A DNA stretch of 63,968 nucleotides, the filler included, from Candidatus Omnitrophota bacterium (GTDB taxonomy: Bacteria > Omnitrophota > Gorgyraeia > Zapsychrales > Zapsychraceae), in assembly GCA_015233495.1 (NCBI GenBank). It is 3 parts of 3 records of this genome, joined end to end, with 100 filler letters (N's around TTAATTAATTAA, not from the genome) between each part and the next. Parts side by side here need not be neighbours in the genome. Positions count along the whole stretch, not along the records: positions 43,945 to 63,968 come from JADFXQ010000035.1; 2 more parts are not named here. The stretch is one strand, 5' to 3'. Both the position numbers and the translations under genes were made by a program. The notes under the pieces are model-generated. The model saw only the letters and a program-made list of their open reading frames with translations. It did no database searches and had not been told where the DNA came from. Shown in pieces: positions 48,750 through 59,768 of the stretch. Position 1 is the stretch's first letter, and every line of letters starts with the position of its first letter.

Positions 48750-49472
48750 TTACAATAAATAATCGGACTTGATATTCTTTAGGGCGTTATAAATATTTTT
48801 CTTCACCGCCGGATTTACCGCTTCAATCTGACTCAACCATTTTTTCAAGCGCATCCGCTGGGTACGGTCGTTGTTCGGGCACTTATGTTTATCGATATCC
48901 GGCAAACCGCGCTCTTGAAAAAACGCGGCAACCGCCGATTCTTCGACGAAAGCCAAAGGACGGATGAGCGTGATCCGGCCTTGAAACAATTCCTGCTTGG
49001 GGCGCATGGCGCCGATCTCGCCGCGAAAAAAAAGATTGAGCAGCACAGTTTCCACTACGTCATCCAGATGATGGCCAAAAGCGATTTTATTAAATCCGAA
49101 ACGGTCGGCAATCCGGAACAAGGCCTTACGCCGGCTCCAAGAACACCAGAAGCAATTGATCTCTTCCCAGGTTTTGCCTTGCAGCATATCGATTTTTTCA
49201 AAATGGTAAGGAATCTGGCGGCTGACGAAAAAATCGCGCAACCGGTCCTGAGGGAAATTCGGCGCGTCCATGTCGATATAAACCGCCATCAGCTCAAAAT
49301 CGATCGGCGCGATCTTTTGGCGGTGCAGCATCATGTCCACCAGGGTCAGACTGTCTTTGCCTCCGGAAACCGCCAAAATCACCTTGTCCCCGTCGTGCAG
49401 CATATCGTACGCTTTCACGGCGCGGCCGATTTTTTTGGAAATATATCCCATGCTATCGCTGAGTTTAGCCAT
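48750..49472 (-). CDS. ttcA: tRNA 2-thiocytidine biosynthesis protein TtcA family
   Basis: SGGKDS PP-loop, CFWCS, GHHLDD, IRPL, CP. Confidence 0.88.
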   Translation of the reverse strand: MAKLSDSMGYISKKIGRAVKAYDMLHDGDKVILAVSGGKDSLTLVDMMLHRQKIAPIDFELMAVYIDMDAPNFPQDRLRDFFVSRQIPYHFEKIDMLQGKTWEEINCFWCSWSRRKALFRIADRFGFNKIAFGHHLDDVVETVLLNLFFRGEIGAMRPKQELFQGRITLIRPLAFVEESAVAAFFQERGLPDIDKHKCPNNDRTQRMRLKKWLSQIEAVNPAVKKNIYNALKNIKSDYLL

Positions 49473-49480
49473 AAAAACCC

Positions 49481-50641
49481 TTAAATTAAAACCAACAGCT
49501 TTCTCATCCCAGAGTCAAGCTCCTTCTCTGGAACTAGCAGACTGACCACAATGGCCGGAAAGGCGTCCATCTCAAAAAAATATCCGGGATGAACAAATAC
49601 CCGCTGTTCTTTTAACAGTTTTAAAACCCGGGCTTCTTCATCCGTGCCGTAGGGCAAACGCAATACCGCGTACCAGCCGCCTTGCGCATTCAGGAGTTTG
49701 ATATCCGAACCCGCCGTGATCTCCCGCAGCCGGGTAAAATTGGCGCGGATCCGGTTAAGGATCACGGATTGAATTTCCGATTGTAGAGAAAACCATTGCG
49801 GCAAAGCCGTCTGCGCCGGCGCGCCAACCGAAAGATAAGTGTCCGCGATCACTTCCAGCTTGGCGCACGCCTCTTGGACAAGCGCTTGAGGACCGTTGAC
49901 CAAGATCCAAGATAATTTCATTTGCGGCATTGCCAGAATTTTCGATATGCCGCTCAGCACAAATGTCAAACACTCCTCATTCCCGGCCAAAGAAACTCCG
50001 GCGCGTTGATCGGTCAAAGGGTAATCAAAAAATACCTCATCCGAAATCAACGCAATGGCGCAGCTTTTGCAAAAAGCGTTTAGCTGCCGCAATTCCGTTT
50101 CATAGACATAATTTCCCGTCGGATTATTCGGATTCACTACGACCAGCGCCTTCGCGTCCGGAGCATAATTAGCGGCCAGCTGAGCGAAATCAATCTGCCA
50201 GCGGTCGTGATAGGTCAAAGGATAATACCCCAAATCAACGTCATTGATCCCGGATAAAAAATCAAACAACGGATAACTGGGCTTCGGGAACAACACCCGA
50301 TCGCCCGGGTCTGCCAACAAACGAAATACAAAAGAGTAGGCTTCCGACGTGCTTGATGTTAAAAATATCTGTTGGGGCGTCACCGCGATTCCCAAATTAG
50401 CGTAATACCGGCAAACCGCTTCCCGGGCGGAAAGCAAGCCCCGCGGGTCAGGACGATATATCCCATTTTCCGCCGCGCGCAAAGCCGCGCGGATGCGGTC
50501 CTCCGGAAAACCCAACCCGCAAACCGTGGGATTCGAAATCGTAAGATCCAACACCGGAATCCCTCGGCTTTGCAATTCTTGTAAAATCAGCGACAATTGA
50601 TTCGGCGCCAACGCCCAATCCGTGCGGTTAGCGAATTTCAT
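49481..50641 (-). CDS. PLP-dependent aminotransferase class I/II
   Basis: VNPNNPTG, ISDEVF, SGISK, HPGYFF. Confidence 0.9.
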   Translation of the reverse strand: MKFANRTDWALAPNQLSLILQELQSRGIPVLDLTISNPTVCGLGFPEDRIRAALRAAENGIYRPDPRGLLSAREAVCRYYANLGIAVTPQQIFLTSSTSEAYSFVFRLLADPGDRVLFPKPSYPLFDFLSGINDVDLGYYPLTYHDRWQIDFAQLAANYAPDAKALVVVNPNNPTGNYVYETELRQLNAFCKSCAIALISDEVFFDYPLTDQRAGVSLAGNEECLTFVLSGISKILAMPQMKLSWILVNGPQALVQEACAKLEVIADTYLSVGAPAQTALPQWFSLQSEIQSVILNRIRANFTRLREITAGSDIKLLNAQGGWYAVLRLPYGTDEEARVLKLLKEQRVFVHPGYFFEMDAFPAIVVSLLVPEKELDSGMRKLLVLI

Positions 50642-50664
50642 ATGGCTGCTCCTCCCCGCCCCTT

Positions 50665-51351
50665 TTAGCCGCTATTGCGCGCCAGCCGCTGGATCTCTTT
50701 TTCCTTTTCCTTCAATTCCTTAGCAACCTTGTCGTACTCCGAGCGGGCGATCCAGGTGACATCGTCGTTTTTCTTTTTCAATAAAGCGTTTTCTTTTTTC
50801 AACTCTAAAATTTCTCGGCGCGCTTGCGCTAAATGGTCGGTCAATTGAATTTTTTCCGCCTCCAATCTTCGCCGCTCGTCGGAAACATTGGCGTGATTGA
50901 TTTTAAGCTCGCGGATTTCTCCTTCCAATTTAATGTAACCGCCGTGCTCCCGGTCAAAATCCGCGTGCACTTGTCCGAGCTCCGCTTTCAACTTCTGAAT
51001 TTCTTTCGTGTTTTTTTCAATCTCTCCTTGTTCGCGCTGCGCCCAATTGTGTTCTTCCGCGGCCCGCTCTTGCAATTTCTTGGTCCGCAATTGTTCAACG
51101 GCAATTTGTTTTTCTAAGTCTTTTTTCTGCCGCTCTTGGTCTTCCGCCGTTTTGCGCAAATGCTGGATTTGCCGATCTAAGGATTCTTTCATCCGGTCCC
51201 AGTCTTTCGGTTTATTATCCGCCGGAGCCGGCAGATCGCGTTTAGCCAGCCGGCGCTTTTTTTGCGGATCCTCGGCAGGCATAGACAACACAAAAATGAG
51301 CAGCACCACAGCCACAATCGCGACTCCGATAATAACGGGAGTGGATATCAT
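50665..51351 (-). CDS. Membrane-anchored coiled-coil hypothetical protein
   Basis: N-terminal TM helix and long heptad-rich helix; ATGA-coupled to the upstream gene. Confidence 0.7.
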   Translation of the reverse strand: MISTPVIIGVAIVAVVLLIFVLSMPAEDPQKKRRLAKRDLPAPADNKPKDWDRMKESLDRQIQHLRKTAEDQERQKKDLEKQIAVEQLRTKKLQERAAEEHNWAQREQGEIEKNTKEIQKLKAELGQVHADFDREHGGYIKLEGEIRELKINHANVSDERRRLEAEKIQLTDHLAQARREILELKKENALLKKKNDDVTWIARSEYDKVAKELKEKEKEIQRLARNSG

Positions 51352-53009
51352 TTTTTACCTTTCGTTAAACATTGTCGCAAATTATCCCGCGCCATTTCCA
51401 AATGCGGATCTAAACGCAAGGCTTCCTGAAAATATGCCGCGGCTTGGGCCATCTGCCCCTTGAGCGCGCAGGCAACGCCCAGACTATTGGCCAGCATAGC
51501 GTCCTTGGGATCGATGCGGCGCGCCTCCTCATAGCAGCGCTGCGCTGCGTCAAGCCGCGTGAGCGCCTCATAACTATGCGCCATATCAAAATAAATCCCT
51601 TTCATGAACCCCAAATAAAAACGCTCGGCCGGCTTGCCCCGGGCTTTACCGCGATACCCTTCCATAATGGCCAAGGCCTTGTCATAAGCGGCTAAAGATT
51701 TCTCCCACTTTCCGTTAAAATAATAGGCCTTGCCCAATAAAAGATAGCCCCGGCCAAAACGCGGCTCGAAGCGGACAACCCGCTCGAACAGACTGACTTC
51801 CCCTGCCCAGGCAGGGAGTTGCACAATCGCGATCAGCGACCATATAGCCAAAATTCCGCCGGCTAATAATCTTTTTTCGGACGAGGATAGTTTCCGGACC
51901 AGCGGCTGCAGTAAAGCATCCCCGACGATCAAAGCGCCCAGCAAGGGCAGATAAAGAAAGTGCTCGGCATTGAGCACAAAAGAATACTCGTTTACTAAAG
52001 GCACAATGTTCAAAACCGGCAAAAGAAAAATGAAAAATATTCCCAGACCGAGCCAAACCCTTTTGCGATTTTCGGCAAGCAGACATCGCGTCCGCCAAAT
52101 GAGTAAGCCGATCAAAATAACCCAAATAACTCCGGGTCCTTGCCAGGAAGATAAAATGTCGAAATTCCGGTAATAATGCAGATCATACGGCAAAACTAAA
52201 ATCCGCAGTTGTTCTAAAATGATATGCGGCAAAGAAAGCAGCCGCAGGCGCAATTCTTCCGGCGTGCCGAAAGGCAAAGGACTGCCGCCAAAAAAATTCC
52301 GGCGCCACAGCAGATAAAAACCGGCGCTCAGCCAATACAACCCTAACCAAAATCTTTCCCGAGAAGAGGCGGGGTTCTGCCGCGACAGCGCATATAAAAA
52401 AAGCGCGGCCGGCAAAACAATCGCCTGCTCTTTCGCGAAAACCGCCAACGCGAACAACCCTAATCCAGCGGCAAACCAAGCGGTCTTTTTCCCGCCGGCG
52501 GTTTGTTTTGCGGCGAGAATATAACAAATAAAACTCGCCAAACCGAAAAAAGCAAACACCAGATTGGATATGCCCGAAATACACGCCACCGCTTCCGTCT
52601 GCACCGGATGCGCCAAAAATCCCGCAGCCAGCAAAAACGCCGCGGCGTCCCGCCCCGGCCAAATCAGCCGAAGCAAAAGAAAAACCAGAAAACTATTTCC
52701 AATGTGCCACAGGACATTGACGATGTGCCAAGGGGCGGGATTTAATCTGAACCAATGGTATTCCAGCCGGTAAAAAAACTCCAAGACCGGGCGGAAATAC
52801 ACATTTTTGATCCCGGCTTTTTGTCCGCCTGCCGCAGTAAAAAAAATTGACCGGAAATCCAAATGCTGAATAGCCGGATTATTATGAATAAAGACATAAT
52901 CATCATGGACAAAATCATACGCCGCGGTCCGGCCATAAATGACCACGCCAATAACGAACAACATTAAAAAAACTGTCCAAGGTTTTAATATGCGTTTGAC
53001 TGGAATCAT
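51348..53009 (-). CDS. TMTC-like GT-C membrane protein with C-terminal TPRs
   Basis: FVHDD, YFRP, HPVQTEAV, EHFLYLP, TPR helices. Confidence 0.8.
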   Translation of the reverse strand: MIPVKRILKPWTVFLMLFVIGVVIYGRTAAYDFVHDDYVFIHNNPAIQHLDFRSIFFTAAGGQKAGIKNVYFRPVLEFFYRLEYHWFRLNPAPWHIVNVLWHIGNSFLVFLLLRLIWPGRDAAAFLLAAGFLAHPVQTEAVACISGISNLVFAFFGLASFICYILAAKQTAGGKKTAWFAAGLGLFALAVFAKEQAIVLPAALFLYALSRQNPASSRERFWLGLYWLSAGFYLLWRRNFFGGSPLPFGTPEELRLRLLSLPHIILEQLRILVLPYDLHYYRNFDILSSWQGPGVIWVILIGLLIWRTRCLLAENRKRVWLGLGIFFIFLLPVLNIVPLVNEYSFVLNAEHFLYLPLLGALIVGDALLQPLVRKLSSSEKRLLAGGILAIWSLIAIVQLPAWAGEVSLFERVVRFEPRFGRGYLLLGKAYYFNGKWEKSLAAYDKALAIMEGYRGKARGKPAERFYLGFMKGIYFDMAHSYEALTRLDAAQRCYEEARRIDPKDAMLANSLGVACALKGQMAQAAAYFQEALRLDPHLEMARDNLRQCLTKGKK

Positions 53010-53109
53010 AAAGAAAGAAAGAAAGGAAAGCCGGAACAGCGTTGATTGCGAACCGGCTTGCCCGAGGGTCGCGACTGATACCCGTCTCCTGCCTGCTGTC
53101 CGCCCAGCC

Positions 53110-53463
53110 CTATTTAAATTCCTTTTTGATTTGCGTAAACCGTTCCAGCACCAAGGCGTATTCTTTTTCCATCTCTACCACCAAACTGCCCGCCGCGGAC
53201 AAATCATTTTTTTTCGCCATATCTTCCAAGCGCAAAAAAATCTGCCGCAGCCGTTTCGCGGAAATATTTCCTGAAGCCCCTTTTAAAGAATGCGCCACTC
53301 CCCGGACTTCTTCACAATTGTTCGCCGCAATGGCTTTTTGCAAAATATCGCGTTTGGCCACGAAATCTTCTTGATAAATATCGAGCAACTCCAACAAAAG
53401 AGCTTTATCGTCCTGGACGCGTTCTAAAAATTCCGGCAAATCCAAAATGTCATTATTCATCAT
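53110..53463 (-). CDS. Hpt phosphotransfer protein
   Basis: [11 protein letters not shown]; overlaps the kinase stop. Confidence 0.9.
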   Translation of the reverse strand: MMNNDILDLPEFLERVQDDKALLLELLDIYQEDFVAKRDILQKAIAANNCEEVRGVAHSLKGASGNISAKRLRQIFLRLEDMAKKNDLSAAGSLVVEMEKEYALVLERFTQIKKEFK

Positions 53464-55762
53464 TTTTCCTTTGGTTAAAAACGTTACGGATCTCCGCAAA
53501 TAATTTTTTACGGTCAATGGGTTTAGCCACATAACCGTCCATGCCCGCGTCCAAACATTTTTGCCGGTCTTCCTGCATCGCGTGCGCCGTAAGCGCGATG
53601 ATCGGGATATGTTTTCCCGTCTTTTGCTCATTGTCCCGAATGAATTTCGTGGTTGCAAATCCATCCAAGACCGGCATATTTGCATCCATTAAAATAACAT
53701 CAAAAGACTCTTTGTCAACCGCGTCCAAAGCCGCCTGGCCATTATCCACCCCTACGACGGTCCACCCCTGTTTTTCCAACATCCGCGAAGCGATCTTCTG
53801 ATTGATCAAATTGTCTTCCGCCAGCAGTATCTTTAACCCCGGCAACGCGTCCGTGTCGCAGGAAGACGACGCTGCCGCCTGCCCATAATCCGCGCCCGCG
53901 ATTTTTTTAATCACCTTAAAAACCGCCGTAAAACAAAATACGCTCCCTTTGCCTAACTCGCTCTCCACCCAAATCCTGCCCCCCATCATCTCTACTAATC
54001 GACGGCAAATCGCCAATCCCAAACCAGTGCCGCCAAACTTGCGGGCCGTGGATTCATCCGCCTGAGTAAACGCCTCGAAGACCTTTTCCAAATTTTCTTT
54101 CGCGATGCCGATGCCCTGGTCTTTAACGGAAAATTGGAGCGTCGCTTTGTCCTGATTTTGTTCCACAACTTTCACGGCAGTGCTGATCTTCCCTTTTAAG
54201 GTAAATTTCACCGCGTTATTGATCAAATTTATTAAAATTTGCCGCAACCGCACCGGGTCGCCCAGCAGTAATTCCGGAACTTCCTTGCCTACCTCCGCTT
54301 CGAGTTCCAAATGCTTTTTCTGGGCGAGAACCGACATCCCTTTCACAACGCTGCGCGTCACGTTGGGGAGATGGAACTCAATCTGCTCCAAAGTCAATTT
54401 CCCCGCCTCAACCCGGGATAAATCCAAAATATCATTGATCAAACCCAAGAGGTTATCCGCCGCCTCTTTCGCCACCACCAGATTGTCTTTCTGTTCATCG
54501 GATAAAACCGTGTCTAAGGTCAAATCCAGCATCCCGAGGATCGTGTTCATCGGCGTGCGTACCTCGTGCGACATATTCGCCAAAAATAAAGATTTGGCGC
54601 GGCTCGCCTCTTCCGCGGCCAACTTCGCCTGAATCAGCAAATCCTGGAACCGCTTCAATTGCGTGATATCCTGCAAAACCCCGACCGACCCGATTATCCG
54701 GCCGGTTTCATCTTTCTGGACAGTCACGGATAAGGAAACGTCGATCGTTTGCCCGGATTTTGTCAAGACCTTGGTTTCTAAATGCTGTTTCGAGCCGATT
54801 TTACGGATCTCGGCCGAACGAATTTTTTTCCATTCTTCTTCCGGATAAATACTGCTGACCGGCCGCAAGTATAGATCTTTCTTATTCATCCCCAGCAGTT
54901 GTTGGGCATAAGGATTCCAAGCGACGATCTTTTCCTGACTGTCAGTCAACATAATACTTGCCGGAGAATTGTCCAAGATCGTATGAAATTTACTTTCCGA
55001 TTCCTGTAATTTCCGCAAAGCGTCTTTATAGAGGGTAATGTCGCGGAGAATGCGGATCGACCCTTCCACTTCCCCTTCGGAATTTTTCAAAACCGAAACC
55101 GAAAGATCAATCTCGAGCCGGCTGCCGTCTTTTTTGATAATCTTGGTTTCTATGCTGGGTATGGCGCCCTTTTGCCGCAGCTTCGCCGCCCGGATGCGCC
55201 GCCATTCCTCCGGCGGATAAAAATCTTGAACCGGACGGTTGAACAAATCCCCTTTGGTCATTCCCATAAGCTGCTCCGTGAAAGGATTCCACGCGACCAA
55301 CTTATCTTCCTTATCCGTGACCGTAATCGCCGCCGCAGAATTTGAAAAAATCGTCTGAAACAAGCGCCGCGAATCCCGCAACTCGCTCTCGGTTTTCTTT
55401 TGCGCCGAAATATCCGTGACCACACCGTCAATAAACCGAACTTTCCCCGCGGGATCCTTGAGGACTTTCGCGGAAACCGCGCACCAGATCAACCGGCCGC
55501 CTTTGCCTTTCAACCGCGCCTGAACGTTTTTCGCTACCCCGCTAGAATCGATTTGCTGCGCCAGCCAAGAAAACGTCATCGCTTCCGAAAAAATTGACCG
55601 CAGCGTTACGCCCGAGAGCTCCGGCCAGGCAGCGCCCAATATTTCACAAAAAGCCGGATTGGCATAAATAATTTTGCCGCGTTCACCGCCAGCGGCCCGA
55701 AACGCGCCCGCCAGCAAACGATCAATCGTCATGGTAGGATCAAATGGTTTTTCGCGGCTCAT
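53453..55762 (-). CDS. Cytoplasmic 3xPAS hybrid histidine kinase with receiver domain
   Basis: [40 protein letters not shown]; three PAS/PAC repeats. Confidence 0.93.
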   Translation of the reverse strand: MSREKPFDPTMTIDRLLAGAFRAAGGERGKIIYANPAFCEILGAAWPELSGVTLRSIFSEAMTFSWLAQQIDSSGVAKNVQARLKGKGGRLIWCAVSAKVLKDPAGKVRFIDGVVTDISAQKKTESELRDSRRLFQTIFSNSAAAITVTDKEDKLVAWNPFTEQLMGMTKGDLFNRPVQDFYPPEEWRRIRAAKLRQKGAIPSIETKIIKKDGSRLEIDLSVSVLKNSEGEVEGSIRILRDITLYKDALRKLQESESKFHTILDNSPASIMLTDSQEKIVAWNPYAQQLLGMNKKDLYLRPVSSIYPEEEWKKIRSAEIRKIGSKQHLETKVLTKSGQTIDVSLSVTVQKDETGRIIGSVGVLQDITQLKRFQDLLIQAKLAAEEASRAKSLFLANMSHEVRTPMNTILGMLDLTLDTVLSDEQKDNLVVAKEAADNLLGLINDILDLSRVEAGKLTLEQIEFHLPNVTRSVVKGMSVLAQKKHLELEAEVGKEVPELLLGDPVRLRQILINLINNAVKFTLKGKISTAVKVVEQNQDKATLQFSVKDQGIGIAKENLEKVFEAFTQADESTARKFGGTGLGLAICRRLVEMMGGRIWVESELGKGSVFCFTAVFKVIKKIAGADYGQAAASSSCDTDALPGLKILLAEDNLINQKIASRMLEKQGWTVVGVDNGQAALDAVDKESFDVILMDANMPVLDGFATTKFIRDNEQKTGKHIPIIALTAHAMQEDRQKCLDAGMDGYVAKPIDRKKLFAEIRNVFNQRKNDE

Positions 55763-56072
55763 GTCGGTTAAATCCCCGGCGGGGTTCTCGGATTTTGAAA
55801 TTCATAAAAATCAGGCATAGATTAAAAATAAACGTGATCACTGCCAAGGTGATCATCGTGACGCTAAAAATTACCGGCCAAACATTTTCATGCCCAAGTT
55901 TTAAAATTTTCTCACTGATATACGCAAGGATCTTGAGGGAAAATAACACCGTTGAACCGGCAATAATAAACAGAAAAAACGAAAAAATAAACGATATCGC
56001 CACCACATAAAGATTGTAAAGATAAAATTTATCTTTGACAATTTTGCTGGCGATGATCCCGACGCGTTTCAT
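55740..56072 (-). CDS. Small two-TM hypothetical protein
   Basis: Two hydrophobic segments; in operon with the kinase. Confidence 0.6.
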   Translation of the reverse strand: MKRVGIIASKIVKDKFYLYNLYVVAISFIFSFFLFIIAGSTVLFSLKILAYISEKILKLGHENVWPVIFSVTMITLAVITFIFNLCLIFMNFKIREPRRGFNRHEPRKTI

Positions 56073-56123
56073 GGTCTTTATATCACCGTTAAAAATAATT
56101 GTAGGGACGCCCGTTCAGAAAGG

Positions 56124-56741
56124 TTACCGGTCGAATTTTACCACGTTTTCCCACCAGGCGCTGCTGTCCCAAGATTTCATGCGCCGCCAAAATTGTTGGG
56201 CGGTTTTTGTTTTTAAATGGGCCGGGGCGCGTTGAAAAAAATTTTTGGCGATCAAATGTCCGGCGTCTAAATATTCTTTTGCCTGGAGCAAACATTCTAA
56301 AATGTCGGCATCCCTGGCGATAATACTTTCCGCGGTAACCTGGGCCTCGTATTCCCGGCGTTGGGAAGTCATGTCGGCGCGGACCCTTTCTTCCAGACCC
56401 CGCACCTGATCGTCAAAAACTTTTTTCTCCGCCGCCTTAAAATCGATGTAATAATGCCCCATTTTATGCAAATCATTGATGCGCGCTTCGTGGATGTCGT
56501 TAAAAAGCGCCATGGTCATGGCCCGATGAACGTCCGCGCCCTCTGCGTGGGCGATATAATACGCCAGGACCGCGCAACGAAACGAATGCTCGGCGACACT
56601 TTCCGGATCTTTGATGCCGGCCACCCACCAGCCGCTGCGCTTCACTTTCTTTAAGAGTCCGGCTTCCGCGAAAAAATTAATCGCCGCCGCTAACGGATCC
56701 GCTTTTGTCTTTATGGATTTTCTTTTGACGCTCGATTTCAT
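56124..56741 (-). CDS. HD-domain hydrolase (YfbR/YGK1-like 5'-nucleotidase)
   Basis: LKKVKRSGW, ESVAEHSFR, DADILE; the HD motif appears as ND. Confidence 0.82.
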   Translation of the reverse strand: MKSSVKRKSIKTKADPLAAAINFFAEAGLLKKVKRSGWWVAGIKDPESVAEHSFRCAVLAYYIAHAEGADVHRAMTMALFNDIHEARINDLHKMGHYYIDFKAAEKKVFDDQVRGLEERVRADMTSQRREYEAQVTAESIIARDADILECLLQAKEYLDAGHLIAKNFFQRAPAHLKTKTAQQFWRRMKSWDSSAWWENVVKFDR

Positions 56742-57432
56742 AGCAAAATACCGTGACCGCGTGCGCGGCGTTTAAAGAAAGTGTGTCATGCGCCATCGGC
56801 ACTGTCCAGAGTTGATCTAAATTTTTTTGCACCACGTCCCGGATCCCCTTTTCCTCCGAGCCAATGACCAAACCAACCCGCGGCGGCAAAACCACCTCGC
56901 GCAAATCTTCTCCCTGCCCAACAACGGCGCCGCCGATCCAATAGCCCTGGTCTTTCGCTTCGCGGATCGCGTTGTTCAAATTTCCGACCAGAGCGACGGG
57001 GACATAATTGTCGCCGCCCGAAGCGATATGGAGAACGGTTTCCGTGACGCTCACTGATTCATGGGTTGGCAAAATCACGGCGAAACGGCCCAGACAGGCA
57101 AGGCTGCGAATGATCGCGCCTAAGTTTTGGGGGTCTTTCAGCCGGTCGATGAACAATAACGTAGTCCGCTTGGTCACCGCGGCTTCCAGCAATTCTTCAT
57201 AGGGCGTGTACTTAAATTCATCTACGTCGAGCAAAATTCCCTGCGTGTTTTTCCCTTGGCTCATCTTGCGCATCTTAGAAAACGGCACGGACAAAACCGG
57301 GATCTGGGTTTTTTTCGCTTTTTGGCGCACATTGGCCGCGTCAGCGAAACCTTCTTCCAGATAAATTTTGCGCACCGTCTGAGGCTGCGCCCGTAAACGT
57401 TCGATCGCGGAATTTTTGCCAAAAAGTCGCAT
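56677..57432 (-). CDS. rlmB: 23S rRNA Gm2251 methyltransferase (TrmH/SpoU family)
   Basis: QGI, DPQNLGAIIRS, IGSEEKG, SLNAA. Confidence 0.88.
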   Translation of the reverse strand: MRLFGKNSAIERLRAQPQTVRKIYLEEGFADAANVRQKAKKTQIPVLSVPFSKMRKMSQGKNTQGILLDVDEFKYTPYEELLEAAVTKRTTLLFIDRLKDPQNLGAIIRSLACLGRFAVILPTHESVSVTETVLHIASGGDNYVPVALVGNLNNAIREAKDQGYWIGGAVVGQGEDLREVVLPPRVGLVIGSEEKGIRDVVQKNLDQLWTVPMAHDTLSLNAAHAVTVFCYEIERQKKIHKDKSGSVSGGD

Positions 57433-57444
57433 GCGGCTCCTTAT

Positions 57445-57711
57445 TTATTCCCCTAGTTTCTGGTCGCGGTCTAAAACTTCTTTGGCATATTTTTCATCAA
57501 GTTCTTTCACCTTAGCCGTGTAATCCGCGAAGTTAATTTTTTTGTTCAGATAATCCCGTTCCAATTGATTGCGTTTGGCTTGATAGCCGGAGTAATGCGG
57601 ATCTTCGATCACCGAAACCGGGTCGCTGATATAATCGCCCAACCGCTTGCCTTCATAAGTGCAGCCAGCGAGGAGAATCAACAACAATATCCATCCGTAT
57701 TTCCGAGCCAT
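57445..57711 (-). CDS. Small lipoprotein
   Basis: LLAGC lipobox; GGAGG RBS. Confidence 0.8.
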   Translation of the reverse strand: MARKYGWILLLILLAGCTYEGKRLGDYISDPVSVIEDPHYSGYQAKRNQLERDYLNKKINFADYTAKVKELDEKYAKEVLDRDQKLGE

Positions 57712-57760
57712 AAAACCTCCTTTGACCTGACCTGCGCACTTGGGGGAAGCGCGAAGGTGT

Positions 57761-58495
57761 TCATTTTTTAATCCCCAGTCCCAACAAAAAAATCGGCCTT
57801 AAAATGCTCCACCACCCGACGAACGGTTTCATTTTTGTATACCCCAACTGTTTCGGCGGGTAAATTTTCGTCACCGGCGCTTCCGTGAACTTAAACCCCA
57901 ACCGGATTGCTTTAAATAAAATATACGGCTCTAATTCATAACAATCGAGCCAATCCTGGTCGAGATTGATCCCCGGATGTTCAAATATTTTCAAACGGAA
58001 AGCCCGAAACCCGTTTGTGGTATCCGTCAATTTACGCCCGGTGACGGATGACATCAAAAAAGGATGCAGCTTAGTCGCAAATTTTCGGTAAGCCGGCATA
58101 TCCCCGCCTGTCCCGCCATCCGCCAAATAGCGCGACCCTTGCACAAAATCATAGTCTTGTTTGCGGATCGGGTCAAGCAAATGCGAAATTTCATCCGGGT
58201 TGTCTTTATCGTTGCCCGCCATGATCACTAAAATTTCATAACCCTGCTGACGAGCATATTTAATCGCGGAGCGGATGGCCGCGCCCACGCCCCTCCTTTG
58301 CTCATGCCGGATGGTTTTCACGCCGCGGTCCGCGAAAGAACGAATCATTTCCGTTGTGCCGTCGGTTGACCCGTCATCCACAATGAGATAATCCGCCAAG
58401 GAATATGCCGGGCTTTTTAAAAAACGCTCGATGACGTTCTTAAGCTTAATGTGTTCGTTGTAGGCGACTGGAGAAACGAGAACTTTATACGGCAA
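57761..58495 (-). CDS. GT2 glycosyltransferase (DPM1-like)
   Basis: AYNE, VDDGSTD, GVGAA, VQGSRY, TDTTNGFRA. Confidence 0.88.
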   Translation of the reverse strand: MPYKVLVSPVAYNEHIKLKNVIERFLKSPAYSLADYLIVDDGSTDGTTEMIRSFADRGVKTIRHEQRRGVGAAIRSAIKYARQQGYEILVIMAGNDKDNPDEISHLLDPIRKQDYDFVQGSRYLADGGTGGDMPAYRKFATKLHPFLMSSVTGRKLTDTTNGFRAFRLKIFEHPGINLDQDWLDCYELEPYILFKAIRLGFKFTEAPVTKIYPPKQLGYTKMKPFVGWWSILRPIFLLGLGIKK

Positions 58496-59042
58496 GACAA
58501 ACGCTCCCGGATTGAATGTGATATTTTTTGCCGCAGGCGCAGACCATGCGGTCGTTTAACTTTCGGCCGCAACGGCAGGCAAATCCCATGTTGCGCGCCG
58601 GATTACCGGCGACCATCGTATGCGCCGCGACATCGCGGGTGACCACCGCGCCCGCGCCGACAAACGCCCACTCCCCGACGGTCACGCCGCAGAGCACCAC
58701 CGCGTTGGCGCCAAGGGTCGCGCCTTTTTTAATCAAGGTTTTTTCCAGGACCCAGTCGCCTTCCCGGTGACTACGCGGATGGCGGTCATTGATAAACGCG
58801 ATGTTCGATCCGATGAACACATCGTCCTCGATCGTTACTCCGTCGAAAATCGAGACATTGTGCTTAATCGTCACGTGGTCGCCGACCACAGCGCCGCGCT
58901 CAATGAACGACCCGTCGCAAATATTGCAATGCGCGCCCACGACCGCGCCGTTCTGAATATGCGCGTTCGCCCAAACCCGGGTGCCTTCGCCAACCACCGC
59001 GCCCTCATCCACCAAAGCCCGCTCATGTTTAAAAAATCCCAT
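58485..59042 (-). CDS. Hexapeptide N-acetyltransferase (WbpD-like)
   Basis: GTRVW, hexapeptide repeats, FIND, GNPA, CRCG...CACG tail. Confidence 0.88.
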   Translation of the reverse strand: MGFFKHERALVDEGAVVGEGTRVWANAHIQNGAVVGAHCNICDGSFIERGAVVGDHVTIKHNVSIFDGVTIEDDVFIGSNIAFINDRHPRSHREGDWVLEKTLIKKGATLGANAVVLCGVTVGEWAFVGAGAVVTRDVAAHTMVAGNPARNMGFACRCGRKLNDRMVCACGKKYHIQSGSVCLAV

Positions 59043-59061
59043 ACTCTTCCATTTCCTTGCT

Positions 59062-59232
59062 TCACAAAACAAAGGGGACATTTACAACAAGTCTTTTCTT
59101 CTCTTCTTCATAGGCCTTACGGTCAAAACAATGGCGCAAATTGAATTCCACGAATTCTTGATATTCATCCATGGATAAAATTCTCGGTTCCGAAGAGAGC
59201 CGCACGATAATCGGCAAATTGAGGTCTTTCAT
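59062..59232 (-). CDS. Small hypothetical protein coupled to the nucleotidyltransferase
   Basis: ATGA overlap; 56 aa, LSMDEYQEFV...VPFVL. Confidence 0.65.
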   Translation of the reverse strand: MKDLNLPIIVRLSSEPRILSMDEYQEFVEFNLRHCFDRKAYEEEKKRLVVNVPFVL

Positions 59233-59768
59233 CCTGCCGCTTCCTGTATTTGATCCCATAAATTTTGATCCCCGTATTTTAAACACATTTTCTGAAATTC
59301 TTCCTCCCGGATATCGATCTTATTCACTCTGATCAAATTCACAATGTCCGGAAAATCTTTTAAGATGCGTGATTTACGGTTAAATTTTATCGAATGTAAT
59401 TTGAGCGCAATCAAATGATATAACGACGGCACAAGAAACGACTGCCCCGCAATCTTCAGCTCTTGAGCTTCCGCAGTTATCTTTTCCAAGGTTTCCCGGT
59501 CGACAAACATAAAATCGATATCCATAAATGACAATTGTCCACCGGTGAAATGAGCGAAATTTTCCTGAGACTCGCCCAACTTGTATCCCGCTGTTTCCAA
59601 AGAAGACAAGATTTTCTTTAAATCTTCTTGGGTGATCAAAAAATCAATATCCGCGGTTTGCCGCGCCACTTTGTAATGATTTACGGCATAACCTCCGATA
59701 ACCACGCAAGAAACATTATTATTTTGGACGATCTCCGCTATCAAATGAAAAATCGAAACAGGACTCAT
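59229..59768 (-). CDS. Nucleotidyltransferase-family protein
   Basis: VIGGYAV, R-x-T-x-DID, LIALK, KD..DI. Confidence 0.85.
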   Translation of the reverse strand: MSPVSIFHLIAEIVQNNNVSCVVIGGYAVNHYKVARQTADIDFLITQEDLKKILSSLETAGYKLGESQENFAHFTGGQLSFMDIDFMFVDRETLEKITAEAQELKIAGQSFLVPSLYHLIALKLHSIKFNRKSRILKDFPDIVNLIRVNKIDIREEEFQKMCLKYGDQNLWDQIQEAAG

